A stretch of 64,000 nucleotides of DNA. Source: a virus. A model generated the notes under the pieces. The model had not been told where the DNA came from. It did no database searches and saw nothing but the letters and a program-made list of their open reading frames with translations. Location of the stretch: IMG/VR virus record IMGVR_UViG_3300010160_000003, positions 1 through 64,000 of that record, one strand, 5' to 3'. Both the position numbers and the translations under genes were made by a program. Positions 30,005 through 39,466 of this stretch are shown here, one piece after another (position 1 is the stretch's first letter; each line of letters begins with the position of its first letter).

Positions 30005-30453
30005 CAAACTTGTTATCAAACTGTATAATGGATATATGAGCATAGACGAAATGACATTACGAGAAGAGATTGCCAAGGCTATTGAAAATATTTCTTTGGG
30101 AGAAGATAATGACCAACTAAATGCATTAGGTATGCGTATGCTTGCAGCAAAAGTTGCAAGGGGAGAAAATAACTACATGACAAACATGTTTAAAAGCAAA
30201 AATGACTTTGAATAAAAACGAATGCTTAAAGTGTGAAATATCATACAAAGATCCTCTATTCTGGGAAACTCATCAAACAATGAGCGATAACAAAATTTGG
30301 TGTGCATATGCCAAAAGAATGTAACCATACTTGGTATATGCGTGAACTTGGTATACAGTGTACTAAGTGTTTAATTCTTTGGGAGAACAATGAAAGAACC
30401 TAAGATAATCCAAATGGATTGGCGATCATTAGGCTATTGGCCTGTTTGGAAAA

Positions 30454-30801
30454 ATGGAAAGAAAGTGTGGGTACCTAAAAATGATGAATCATTCAACAAA
30501 GATTCAAAGAACTAAGATATGGCCATTACGATGGATAGGTAATTTTCTTGGTGGCTATGCAGTTAATCATTTAGTTAAATGTTTTGATTACGATGAAGAT
30601 GATAAATTGGAGTTTGCTTATAAATACCACGCAAAAATGTGGAAGTACCTCAATAAACCTTATGAACGTTGGGGAACATACTATAAACTAGACTTGGACG
30701 GCTGGAAGAAAGAACTAGATAAGATAAAAGAAAATGTACAGAATCAGAATTGGGATGACTATGATGAAGATGGCATAGCATATTGGGAAAAAGATGAGTA
30801 G
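30454..30801 (+). CDS. Hypothetical protein
   Basis: ORF in a run of small plus-strand genes; true start probably about 30481. Confidence 0.5.
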   Translation: MERKCGYLKMMNHSTKIQRTKIWPLRWIGNFLGGYAVNHLVKCFDYDEDDKLEFAYKYHAKMWKYLNKPYERWGTYYKLDLDGWKKELDKIKENVQNQNWDDYDEDGIAYWEKDE

Positions 30802-31330
30802 AACACTTATTTGTCCAACCTGTAATAAAGAATGGGAACTTCGTTGGGGAATCTTTGCCCATGAATCATTATCTAGACATATGAGGGAACATGATTAATC
30901 TTGAGATCCCTGATCCATTTGAAACTTTTGTATCAAAAAAATATATTAATTATAAAGGGTATGTACATGATTTTTTTATTAGAGAATGGTCTTATAGGTG
31001 TTTAACTTGTAAGGATAATATGTCTGCTCCATCCCGCAAAATTATGACAAAGATTAGATTATTTCATACAAGAAATGAGTGCACGGGTGGATATTAATTA
31101 CTTTATTGCAATAAACCTTCAAACCTGATAGAATGGATACATAAGGAGAAGTATGTTTTGTAATTATTGCGGGAATAGATTAGAACACGGTGATTGTAAT
31201 TATTGTAATGATAATAACAATGCCCTTAGAGAATTTGAGGAAGAAGATGATTAATGCTTTAGTTTTAATCCCTGCATTTATTGCTGGGTATGTAGCATGT
31301 TATTTTGTTATGACCTATAAGGTCAAATAA

Positions 31331-31693
31331 ATTAAGGTTTGTAGCAAATGTGGGCTTAACTTAGATAAGTCCTTTTTCTCTCCATCTTCTGGTGGGAAAT
31401 ATTTAAGGCCAGAGTGTAGGTCTTGTGCTTCCAAATTAGCAAAGCAAAGGCTAGAACTAAGGAAGGTTTGGGGATATCCAGAAGAAGATCACATATGCCC
31501 TATTTGTTTAAAAAATGAACAAGAACTCAAGGGTACTGGAGGAAATGCTAGTATCTGGGTAGTAGATCATGACCACATAACAAATAGTTTTAGAGGACAT
31601 ATATGCCACAATTGTAATCGTGGTCTTGGTGTATTCCAGGATAATGTTGATAGATTAGAAAGAGCAATTAGTTATCTAAGTTCGGAGCGGTAG
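31331..31693 (+). CDS. Endonuclease VII-type HNH protein with no ATG/GTG/TTG start (not in ORF track)
   Basis: 120-codon frame IKVCSKC...ECRSC...CPIC...VVDHDH...FRGHICHNCNRGLG; stop codon lies inside tRNA-Ile. Confidence 0.75.
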   Translation: MKVCSKCGLNLDKSFFSPSSGGKYLRPECRSCASKLAKQRLELRKVWGYPEEDHICPICLKNEQELKGTGGNASIWVVDHDHITNSFRGHICHNCNRGLGVFQDNVDRLERAISYLSSER

Positions 31694-31756
31694 CCAAGTG
31701 GTAAAGGCATCAGCCTTATATGCTGAAGATCGTGAGTTCAACCCTCACCCGCTCTA
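31684..31756 (+). tRNA. tRNA-Ile (TAT)
   Basis: Acceptor GGAGCGG/CCGCTCT; anticodon arm TCAGC-CTTATAT-GCTGA; T-arm GTGAG-TTCAACC-CTCAC. Confidence 0.85.
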
Positions 31757-31757
31757 C

Positions 31758-31833
31758 CCCTAAGTATGCCCTGCGGTTTCTACCCGCTTGAAAGGCTAAC
31801 GGATACATGCAGGTTCAATCCCTGTCTTAGGGA
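31758..31833 (+). tRNA. Atypical tRNA-like RNA (TCT/Arg anticodon, no D-arm)
   Basis: Acceptor CCCTAAG/CTTAGGG; T-arm GCAGG-TTCAATC-CCTGT; GCGG-TTTCTAC-CCGC arm; D-arm missing. Confidence 0.6.
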
Positions 31834-31866
31834 CTTTGGTTCAAATCTATATGATATAATTAAACT

Positions 31867-32211
31867 ATGCCATATAAAGATCCAGAAAAACAAAAAGCAG
31901 CGCAGAGTGCTTGGTATAAAAAAAATAAAGAATTAACATATTCAAGATCTTTAAATAGCAAAGAAAAACGTAAAAACATAGTTAGAGAAATAAAAGAATC
32001 TTCTCCGTGTAAAGATTGTAATATTTTCTATCCATACTATATTATGCATTTTGACCATATGGATTCATCAAAAAAGATTGATAAAATTTCTTCAATTATT
32101 CATACATCCAGTTTAAGTAGTATTTTAAAAGAAATAGAAAAGTGTGAACTTGTCTGTTCAAATTGTCACTCTAAAAGAACATGGAAGCGTCAGCACGGAC
32201 TGATGCTATAA
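31867..32211 (+). CDS. HNH endonuclease
   Basis: CKDC...HFDH...EIEKCELVCSNCH. Confidence 0.8.
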   Translation: MPYKDPEKQKAAQSAWYKKNKELTYSRSLNSKEKRKNIVREIKESSPCKDCNIFYPYYIMHFDHMDSSKKIDKISSIIHTSSLSSILKEIEKCELVCSNCHSKRTWKRQHGLML

Positions 32212-32230
32212 TAGATAAAACAAAGGGGTA

Positions 32231-33190
32231 ATGTTGGCTAACATAGTTTTTTTAGGTAATTTTGAAGTGTCTTATAGTAGTGAGAATCATCATGCTAGTA
32301 GTCTAGAGTCTTTAGGCCATACCGTGACAAAACTGCAGGAGCGTAAGGCTAAGACACAAACCATCCTAGAAAAAGCATTAGACTCTGACCTATTTATCTG
32401 GGTACACACACATGGCTGGGAAACTAGTGGAAACATCACAATGGATCAAGTTCTTAACAAACTTAACTCTACTGGCATTATTACTATGACATACCACTTA
32501 GACTTATGGTTTGGCCTTGATAGACAAAATGATCTTAAGCATGATAGTTTCTATAGAACTATTGGTCACTTCTTTACTGTAGATAAACTTATGGCTGATT
32601 GGTTTGATCACAATACCGCCGTGAAAGGCCACTTCATGCCTGCAGGTGTATACGATAAGGAATGTTACATACACCCAGACTATAATACACAAGGCTTTGA
32701 GTATGATGTTATTTTTGTCGGTAGCAAAAGATATCACCATGAACATAAGTATCGCCCAGAACTAATTGACTTCTTAAGAAAGACATACGGCAAAAGATTT
32801 CTTCATGTTGGTGGAGATGGAGATACTGGAACTATTCGTGGAGATGCATTAAACCGTGTCTATGCTAAAAGTAAGATTGCTGTTGGAGATAGCCTTAACA
32901 TAGGTTTTGAGTATCCTTACTATACTAGCGATAGGTTATTTGAAAGTACTGGTCGTGGTGGGTTTACTATCTACCCAGAAATTAAGGGGCTAGATCAATA
33001 CTTTGCACCCGATGAAGTTGTATTCTATAAGCATGGAGACTTTCATGATTTAAGAGATAAGATAGATCAGTATCTTGAAAATTCTTTGGTAAGAGAAAGA
33101 ATTAGAGTAAATGGTCATACCCGTACAAAGAAAGAACACACATATGTACATAGATGGACCGCAATCTTAGAAGAGTTGGGCATTAAATGA
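32231..33190 (+). CDS. Glycosyltransferase (CgeB/GT-B type)
   Basis: DVIFVGS, YTSDRLFESTGRGGF and HTYVHRW motifs. Confidence 0.8.
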   Translation: MLANIVFLGNFEVSYSSENHHASSLESLGHTVTKLQERKAKTQTILEKALDSDLFIWVHTHGWETSGNITMDQVLNKLNSTGIITMTYHLDLWFGLDRQNDLKHDSFYRTIGHFFTVDKLMADWFDHNTAVKGHFMPAGVYDKECYIHPDYNTQGFEYDVIFVGSKRYHHEHKYRPELIDFLRKTYGKRFLHVGGDGDTGTIRGDALNRVYAKSKIAVGDSLNIGFEYPYYTSDRLFESTGRGGFTIYPEIKGLDQYFAPDEVVFYKHGDFHDLRDKIDQYLENSLVRERIRVNGHTRTKKEHTYVHRWTAILEELGIK

Positions 33191-34071
33191 ATTGTTTAGT
33201 AACTGGAGGAGCAGGATTTATTGGATCCAATCTTGTTGATAAACTTATAGACCTTGGTCATAATGTTATCTGTATAGATAATGAGTCAGCAGAGTGTCAT
33301 GAGCAATTTTATTGGAATTCAAAAGCAAATAATTATAAATATGATATATGTGATTATGACCAGATAGAGCATTTATTTAATGGAGTTGACTATGTCTTCC
33401 ATATTGCATCTGATGCAAGAATTCAACCAGCAATCCTAAATCCTAAAAAATCTATTGAGTCAAACTCAGTTGGAACTGCTAATGTACTGGAACTATCTCG
33501 CTTAGCAAAAGTAAAGAAGTTTATTTATTCTAGTACATCTTCTGCATATGGCAAGAAAGCAATACTTCCAAATATAGAAACTCAGGCATCTGATCCACTA
33601 ACACCATACTCTGCTGCAAAAGTCTTTGGTGAAAACCTTGCAAGAGTTTACTACAATCTTTATGGTCTTGAAACTATATCACTTAGATATTTTAATGTTT
33701 ATGGAGATAGGCAGCCATTAAAGGGTCAGTATGCACCAGTAATAGGTTTATTTTTAAAGCAATACCACGAAGGAAAACCATTAACAGTTGTTGGAGATGG
33801 ATCTCAGCGCAGAGACTTTACACATATATCTGATATTGTAGAAGCAAATATCCTTTCATCTGAAGCAAGTCATGGTTTTGGTGAAGTATATAACATAGGG
33901 TATGGAAGTAACCACTGTATACTTGATCTTGCTAATATGATTTCAAATGATGTTAAGTTTATCCCGTCAAGAATTGGTGAAGTACAAGAAACTCTTGCAT
34001 CTAACGAAAAGTTTAAAAGTTTAACTGGTTGGACTGCAAAAATATCTTTAATGGATTGGATACAAAAATGA
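33187..34071 (+). CDS. NAD-dependent epimerase/dehydratase (GalE-like)
   Basis: TGGAGFIG, YSAAK, LRYFNVYG and GDGSQRRDF motifs. Confidence 0.92.
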   Translation: MNCLVTGGAGFIGSNLVDKLIDLGHNVICIDNESAECHEQFYWNSKANNYKYDICDYDQIEHLFNGVDYVFHIASDARIQPAILNPKKSIESNSVGTANVLELSRLAKVKKFIYSSTSSAYGKKAILPNIETQASDPLTPYSAAKVFGENLARVYYNLYGLETISLRYFNVYGDRQPLKGQYAPVIGLFLKQYHEGKPLTVVGDGSQRRDFTHISDIVEANILSSEASHGFGEVYNIGYGSNHCILDLANMISNDVKFIPSRIGEVQETLASNEKFKSLTGWTAKISLMDWIQK

Positions 34072-34577
34072 ATATAAACTTTGGTTGTGGAAGCATTCAG
34101 CCTTCTGATTGGACTAATATAGATATTGATCCTGAATATAAAACAGAACACAAAAATTTACATTTAATTCCAGATAATTCATGTGATATTTTAGTTTCAC
34201 ATGCAACGATATGTGGAATATCTTATAATGAAATAAAACCAACATTATTAGAATTTAAAAGAGTATTAAAACCTTCAGGGATTGTAAGAATTAGTTTGCC
34301 AGATATACTTTCTGGATTTGATGCATATAAAAATAACAATATTAACTTTTTCCCAAATTCTGAAGATAGTTTAGATAGACGGTTTTCTGCTTGGTTGACA
34401 TGGTACTCAACATCAAAATCTTTATTAACATATAAAGCATTAGAATATAAGTTACATGATAGTGGATTTAAAAATATAACAAAAGTAAAATATAAAGAAA
34501 CTACATTATTAAACCCTAAAGTTTATGAACTTGATACTAGAGAACATGAATTCTATTTTATGGAGGCAATAAAATGA
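34068..34577 (+). CDS. Class I SAM-dependent methyltransferase
   Basis: NFGCG...NIDI...RVLKPSG. Confidence 0.8.
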   Translation: MNINFGCGSIQPSDWTNIDIDPEYKTEHKNLHLIPDNSCDILVSHATICGISYNEIKPTLLEFKRVLKPSGIVRISLPDILSGFDAYKNNNINFFPNSEDSLDRRFSAWLTWYSTSKSLLTYKALEYKLHDSGFKNITKVKYKETTLLNPKVYELDTREHEFYFMEAIK

Positions 34578-35281
34578 CAGAAATGATTAAAGCAACAGTT
34601 AATGGTGAATTTGATATAATTCTTCCAAAACATCGTGCAGATAGACCAGATTGGTACCAACCTAATGGATGGGAAAAATTAAGGCTAAAATCAATGCACA
34701 ATAATATTGGTAAAGGAGATGTTGTTTACTATGTTGGTGCAGAAGAAGGAGAGTTTCCAGCCCTATGTCAAATGTGGGGTGCAGAAGTTGTATTGTTTGA
34801 ACCAAACCCTAAAGTATGGTCACACTTTCCTATAACTTGGTCTGCTAATAATCTAGAACTTCCAATGGTATGTATTCCTGGATTTGCATCTGATAAGATA
34901 AACAATCTTTCACGAATTTATTATAATGAGTGGCCACCAGAAGTTAACAATGTAATTGAAGCAGCACATGGATTTAAAGAATTATATCTTGAAGGAGATA
35001 CATATGGTCAGATAACTATAGACTCTTGTGTTTATGATCATGGGATTAAGCCACCTACTGCTATTTCATTAGACGTAGAGGGTAGCGAATGGAGGGTGTT
35101 AGGAGGGGCTGAGAGGGTGCTTAGAGAGTATAAACCAAAGATTTGGTTATCTGGACACCCTGAGTTTATGCTACAGCAGTGGAATGAAGCATTGCATGAT
35201 CTTAGACAATGGATAAAAGGATTAGGATATAATGAAACTCTTTTAGATTATCAACATGAGGTACATTTATTTTATGAGTAA
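34574..35281 (+). CDS. FkbM-family methyltransferase
   Basis: VGAEEG, FEPNP and LDVEGSEWRVLGG motifs. Confidence 0.85.
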   Translation: MTEMIKATVNGEFDIILPKHRADRPDWYQPNGWEKLRLKSMHNNIGKGDVVYYVGAEEGEFPALCQMWGAEVVLFEPNPKVWSHFPITWSANNLELPMVCIPGFASDKINNLSRIYYNEWPPEVNNVIEAAHGFKELYLEGDTYGQITIDSCVYDHGIKPPTAISLDVEGSEWRVLGGAERVLREYKPKIWLSGHPEFMLQQWNEALHDLRQWIKGLGYNETLLDYQHEVHLFYE

Positions 35282-35894
35282 TTTAATTTTTTGTCCACAT
35301 ACAGATGATGCAATTTTTTCTTTAGGTGATTACATTATTGATAACCCAAATGATGTTTTTACAATTGCATCAGCATTTGCTGGTATACCAAAAGATGAAG
35401 TTGGATATAAAAAACATACCATATTAAGACAAGAGCACGATGAAGCATGTGCCATGATAAATGCTAAGGTTATTAATAGTGATCTATTAGATGATGTTTA
35501 TGGAAAACAAAATGAAAATGATTTAATAGATTGGATAAAATCTATAATTGTAGATTTTGATAATATATATATTCCACTAGGAATACATCATCCAGATCAT
35601 GTCTTATTATCTGAGACATTGCTTAATTTAATAGAGTCTTTGAATAAAACATATTTTATTTATGCAGAACTTCCATATAAAATTGCATATCCAGAACTAT
35701 ATCAATCAAGATTAAATAAGTTTAAGTCTATTCATAATCTACAAAATATTTCTATTAACTTTACAAAAAATAAAATAAATGCAATAAAAAAATATAACTC
35801 ACAAATAACTTTTTTTTCTAATAAAACAATAATAGATGAAGATCTAATCAATAACATTGTTGTAGAAGAAAAACTTTGGAAGGTATTAAATTGA
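35274..35894 (+). CDS. PIG-L family de-N-acetylase
   Basis: PHTDD, R.E, HPDH, YAELPY and YNSQ motifs. Confidence 0.85.
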   Translation: MSNLIFCPHTDDAIFSLGDYIIDNPNDVFTIASAFAGIPKDEVGYKKHTILRQEHDEACAMINAKVINSDLLDDVYGKQNENDLIDWIKSIIVDFDNIYIPLGIHHPDHVLLSETLLNLIESLNKTYFIYAELPYKIAYPELYQSRLNKFKSIHNLQNISINFTKNKINAIKKYNSQITFFSNKTIIDEDLINNIVVEEKLWKVLN

Positions 35895-36739
35895 TATCTG
35901 CATACTTGTATTCTCATGATGGACAAAACTATGCAAATGACAAATGGGATTATGGATTATTAAAAGAAATATTTGATAAGCATGAAGTAGATCAAATAAG
36001 GGTTACAGAAATTCCAAAAGGTGATAAAGCCTTTGTTGTAATTCCTGGACCACAAACTGCTGGCAATGAAGAATTGTTATCTAATGAATTGAATAAACTT
36101 TCTAGAGTTGTTTTATTTATTAATGGAGACGAGAATGCTAGGTTTGATGTAAGTAAAATTAGACATTCTAATATTGAAATATGGATTCAATACCCTCATG
36201 AAAAGCATGATCAATATAACAAGATGCCAATTGGAGTTCCACAACACTTAAAAGATAACGTTCCAGAGTATAAAGAAAAAGAGTATGATGTATATTTTGG
36301 GGGACAGATAACGCATCAAAGAAGAAAAGAATTATCCTTAATTATGCCAAAACTAAAAAATTCACTCTATGGACCAACAAAGGGATTTTCCCTAGGAGAT
36401 ACACCAAAAGATTATTATGCTAAACTTGCAAGTGTAAAGATTGCTCCTTGCCCATCTGGGGCAGCAGTAATAGATACATTTAGATTTTTTGAGGCAATAG
36501 AATTATTGACACTTCCAATTGCAGACAAACTAGATCCATCAATGACAGAAACAAAATTTTATATTAAAATGTTTGGTCCTGAATTTCCTGTTGAATCTGT
36601 AGACAATTGGAATAATATTGAAAAACTTCTTCCAGAATTATTAGAAAATTATCCAAACAATATGCATAGAGTTGTTTCTTGGTGGATTAAATATAAAAGA
36701 GATCTGGGTATTAAAATAATGGAGCAATTAAATGCATAA
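35876..36739 (+). CDS. Glycosyltransferase (exostosin/GT47-like)
   Basis: VYFGGQ...APCPSG...FRFFEA. Confidence 0.7.
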   Translation: MEGIKLISAYLYSHDGQNYANDKWDYGLLKEIFDKHEVDQIRVTEIPKGDKAFVVIPGPQTAGNEELLSNELNKLSRVVLFINGDENARFDVSKIRHSNIEIWIQYPHEKHDQYNKMPIGVPQHLKDNVPEYKEKEYDVYFGGQITHQRRKELSLIMPKLKNSLYGPTKGFSLGDTPKDYYAKLASVKIAPCPSGAAVIDTFRFFEAIELLTLPIADKLDPSMTETKFYIKMFGPEFPVESVDNWNNIEKLLPELLENYPNNMHRVVSWWIKYKRDLGIKIMEQLNA

Positions 36740-37490
36740 AAGAGATATAACTATTGTTTTAGTAACCTCTGTCTTGCCATCTCACCCAAATACAGACATC
36801 ATTGATGAAACAATTAAGTCTATTAGATTTCATTTTCCAGATAATGAAATAATTATGCAGATTGATGGATTAAGAAGAGAACAAAATCACCGCAAAGCAG
36901 ACTATAATGAATATAAGAGTCGTATTTTGTGGAAATGTTTGCATGAATATAAAAATGTTCTGCCAATGGTTTTTGAAAGTCACATCCACCAAACAGGAAT
37001 GATGAGACTAACAATGCCAGAAATAAAAACATCATTGATTCTTTATATTGAGGGAGATGCTCCTCTTACACTTGACCCCATTGATTGGGAAAAGTGTTTA
37101 GATATGATTGAATATGGCAAAGCAAATACTATTCGTTTTCATTTTGAGGCTTTCATTCCAGAACCTCACAAACATTTAATGCTTGGTTTAGAAGATGGGT
37201 TCTTGAAGACTGCTCAATGGAGCCAACGTCCACACCTAACAACAAGAAGTTATTATAGAGATATTGTTTTGCCATCATGTGACAAATTCTTTTTTATAGA
37301 AGACACTTTTCATGGAGTAGTTCAAGATGATATTTTGCCATATGGAATTTTTAATAAAAATGGATGGGATATACATAAGTTATGGATTTATCATCCTGAG
37401 ATAAACATTAAAAGATCTTATCACTTAGATGGTCGTGATGGTCATAAAAAATTTACTACAGATGATAATTTTTGGGGATATAAAGAATGA
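36732..37490 (+). CDS. Glycosyltransferase (GT-A type)
   Basis: ITIVLVTS..PSHP, QIDG, YIEGD and WSQRPH motifs. Confidence 0.7.
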   Translation: MHKRDITIVLVTSVLPSHPNTDIIDETIKSIRFHFPDNEIIMQIDGLRREQNHRKADYNEYKSRILWKCLHEYKNVLPMVFESHIHQTGMMRLTMPEIKTSLILYIEGDAPLTLDPIDWEKCLDMIEYGKANTIRFHFEAFIPEPHKHLMLGLEDGFLKTAQWSQRPHLTTRSYYRDIVLPSCDKFFFIEDTFHGVVQDDILPYGIFNKNGWDIHKLWIYHPEINIKRSYHLDGRDGHKKFTTDDNFWGYKE

Positions 37491-38518
37491 GACTAGGAAT
37501 TATAGCAAGATCTGATAATACTGGCCTTGGTAATCAAACCAGAGAACTGGTAAATATGCTAAACCCTGACAAAATTTTACTCATTAACTCAAGTTTTTTT
37601 AATCAAAATGAACAGCATCCCGAGTGGTATGCAGGCTATAACTGCATTACGACAGACAGAGGATTTCCTAGACAGGGGGAAATAAAAGCATTTTTACAAA
37701 ACCTTGATGTTGTTATTAGTTGTGAAACATTTTACTCACAACAGTTTATTGATATGGCTAGGTTTGCTGGTATAAAAACTATTCTTCAATATAACTATGA
37801 ATTTTTAGGTAATTTACAACATCAAGACTGGTCATTACCCGATGTATTATTGGCTCCAAGTACTTGGCATATAAATGATATTAAAAATTTATATGGTGAT
37901 AGATGTGAAATTATTCATCTACCGCCGCCGACTGACGCAGAGTTATTTAAAGATGTAAGAAATATAAATGCACAAGACCATAAAAGAATTCTTCATGTTG
38001 CTGGCAAGGCAGCAGTTAAGGATCGTAACGGAACAGAAACCGTTATTAAGATGCTTAATTATTCACGGGAAGATTATAAATTAGTTATTAAAACACAAAC
38101 ACCGTTAGAGATTAAATCAACAGATGAAAGAATCATTATACAAACCGATAATGTTGTAAACAGGCAGGATCTATACTCTGGTTATGATGCAATGGTATTG
38201 CCTAGAAGGTATGCTGGTTTATGTCTACCAATGAATGAGGCATTAATGAGTGGTTTACCAGTCTTTATGCCTAGGGTTTCTCCAAACACAACTGTATTGC
38301 CAGATGAATGGACACTAGAGGCTGAAAAAATTGATATGTTTAAGGCTAAAGCAACTGTAAATGTTTGGTCAGTTAATCCTAAATCACTTGCTAAACTTAT
38401 TGATAACTATATTGTTAGTGATAAAGAAGCAATAAAAACAAAAGCCTTTGAGTTGGGGTTTGAACATTTTTCAAGAGAATCACTAAAAGAAAAATATATA
38501 AATATAATTAACTCTTAA
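37487..38518 (+). CDS. Glycosyltransferase (GT4/GT-B)
   Basis: TGLGNQ and PRRYAGLCLPMNEALMSGLPV. Confidence 0.85.
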   Translation: MRLGIIARSDNTGLGNQTRELVNMLNPDKILLINSSFFNQNEQHPEWYAGYNCITTDRGFPRQGEIKAFLQNLDVVISCETFYSQQFIDMARFAGIKTILQYNYEFLGNLQHQDWSLPDVLLAPSTWHINDIKNLYGDRCEIIHLPPPTDAELFKDVRNINAQDHKRILHVAGKAAVKDRNGTETVIKMLNYSREDYKLVIKTQTPLEIKSTDERIIIQTDNVVNRQDLYSGYDAMVLPRRYAGLCLPMNEALMSGLPVFMPRVSPNTTVLPDEWTLEAEKIDMFKAKATVNVWSVNPKSLAKLIDNYIVSDKEAIKTKAFELGFEHFSRESLKEKYINIINS

Positions 38519-38521
38519 AAC

Positions 38522-38552
38522 AAAAAAGCCAGCCTATTTCTAGACTGGCAAT
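38522..38552. terminator. Terminator at the convergence of the plus and minus gene blocks
   Basis: A-tract followed by GCCAG-C-CTA / TAG-A-CTGGC stem. Confidence 0.6.
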
Positions 38553-38566
38553 TCTGTAAGTAAATA

Positions 38567-38836
38567 TTACTTCTTTGGTGCTGCTTTCTTAGCAACCTTC
38601 TTAGCGGGTGCCTTAGCAGCCTTCAGAGCCATGCCTACGGCCTTAGCATCTGGCAATAGACCAAAAGCCTTGTCGTTAGGATTGATTGCTCTAATTGCAA
38701 CGGGTGCAATTGCTGCAACAAGTGCAGTCCAAAGATCCTTTGGATCCGTCACTCCTGCCATGTATAGTGCAAGGCCTGATGCAAGGACTGAACGTCCGTA
38801 TGACGCAAGTAATGCCTTTAATTGTTCTGTGTTCAT
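38567..38836 (-). CDS. Holin-like membrane protein
   Basis: SYGRS...TM...RAINPNDKAFG with a basic PAKK tail. Confidence 0.6.
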   Translation of the reverse strand: MNTEQLKALLASYGRSVLASGLALYMAGVTDPKDLWTALVAAIAPVAIRAINPNDKAFGLLPDAKAVGMALKAAKAPAKKVAKKAAPKK

Positions 38837-38844
38837 TTTTCCTC

Positions 38845-39003
38845 CTAGGATAGAACTTTAATTAGTATAGCATATCCAGCCCATAGCCCTACAATTCCTG
38901 CGACTCCCGCAAAAACTGGTGGTGCTGGTACTGGCAATTTGAATGCAGCAAATATTATGCCACATCCAAAACCTGTTAGTATTGATAATAATATATCTTT
39001 CAT
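38845..39003 (-). CDS. XapX/DUF1427-like small membrane protein (not in ORF track)
   Basis: Two TM helices around KLPVPAPPVFAGVAGI. Confidence 0.7.
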   Translation of the reverse strand: MKDILLSILTGFGCGIIFAAFKLPVPAPPVFAGVAGIVGLWAGYAILIKVLS

Positions 39004-39446
39004 TGTTTTATTTCATCCTCTGGAAGTAGTGTTTTTAATTCTTTATATGCTTTTGAAATATTTTTCATAGAAGGATAGTCTGGCCTTGACATAGATAGTA
39101 CCTCTCCATATTCATCAAAATGTGATACATCTGCATCAACATCATTAACAAACTTAGTTAATCCTTTTTGTACATTTTCAATATATGAAAAAGCCCAATC
39201 CCGTGAGTCAGAAAGAAATTTAATAAAGTTTTCTTTATGTATTGATTCATCTGAGTCTTCTTTTGTTTTTATAGATTTTGTTAAATCAACATATTCTTGA
39301 AGCAAAGTATTTTCAATAAAAAGTTTTGCAATATCTTTTTTAAGTTTAACAGATTGTCTTAAAACTAAGAAATATGACAATGCAAAGCAAACTGACAATG
39401 TTATAAAAACAACAATAAAAATATCTTTCATATCCCCACTCCACAT
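39000..39446 (-). CDS. Membrane-anchored hypothetical protein
   Basis: N-terminal TM helix followed by coiled coil. Confidence 0.6.
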   Translation of the reverse strand: MWSGDMKDIFIVVFITLSVCFALSYFLVLRQSVKLKKDIAKLFIENTLLQEYVDLTKSIKTKEDSDESIHKENFIKFLSDSRDWAFSYIENVQKGLTKFVNDVDADVSHFDEYGEVLSMSRPDYPSMKNISKAYKELKTLLPEDEIKQ

Positions 39447-39466
39447 GTTTTAAGTATATCCTAATA

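Noticed and set aside
31770-31790. Amber suppressor (CTA) tRNA and stop-codon recoding
   Set aside because: The 7 nt loop TTTCTAC centres on TCT; long genes are intact in the standard code and TAG is used as a stop.
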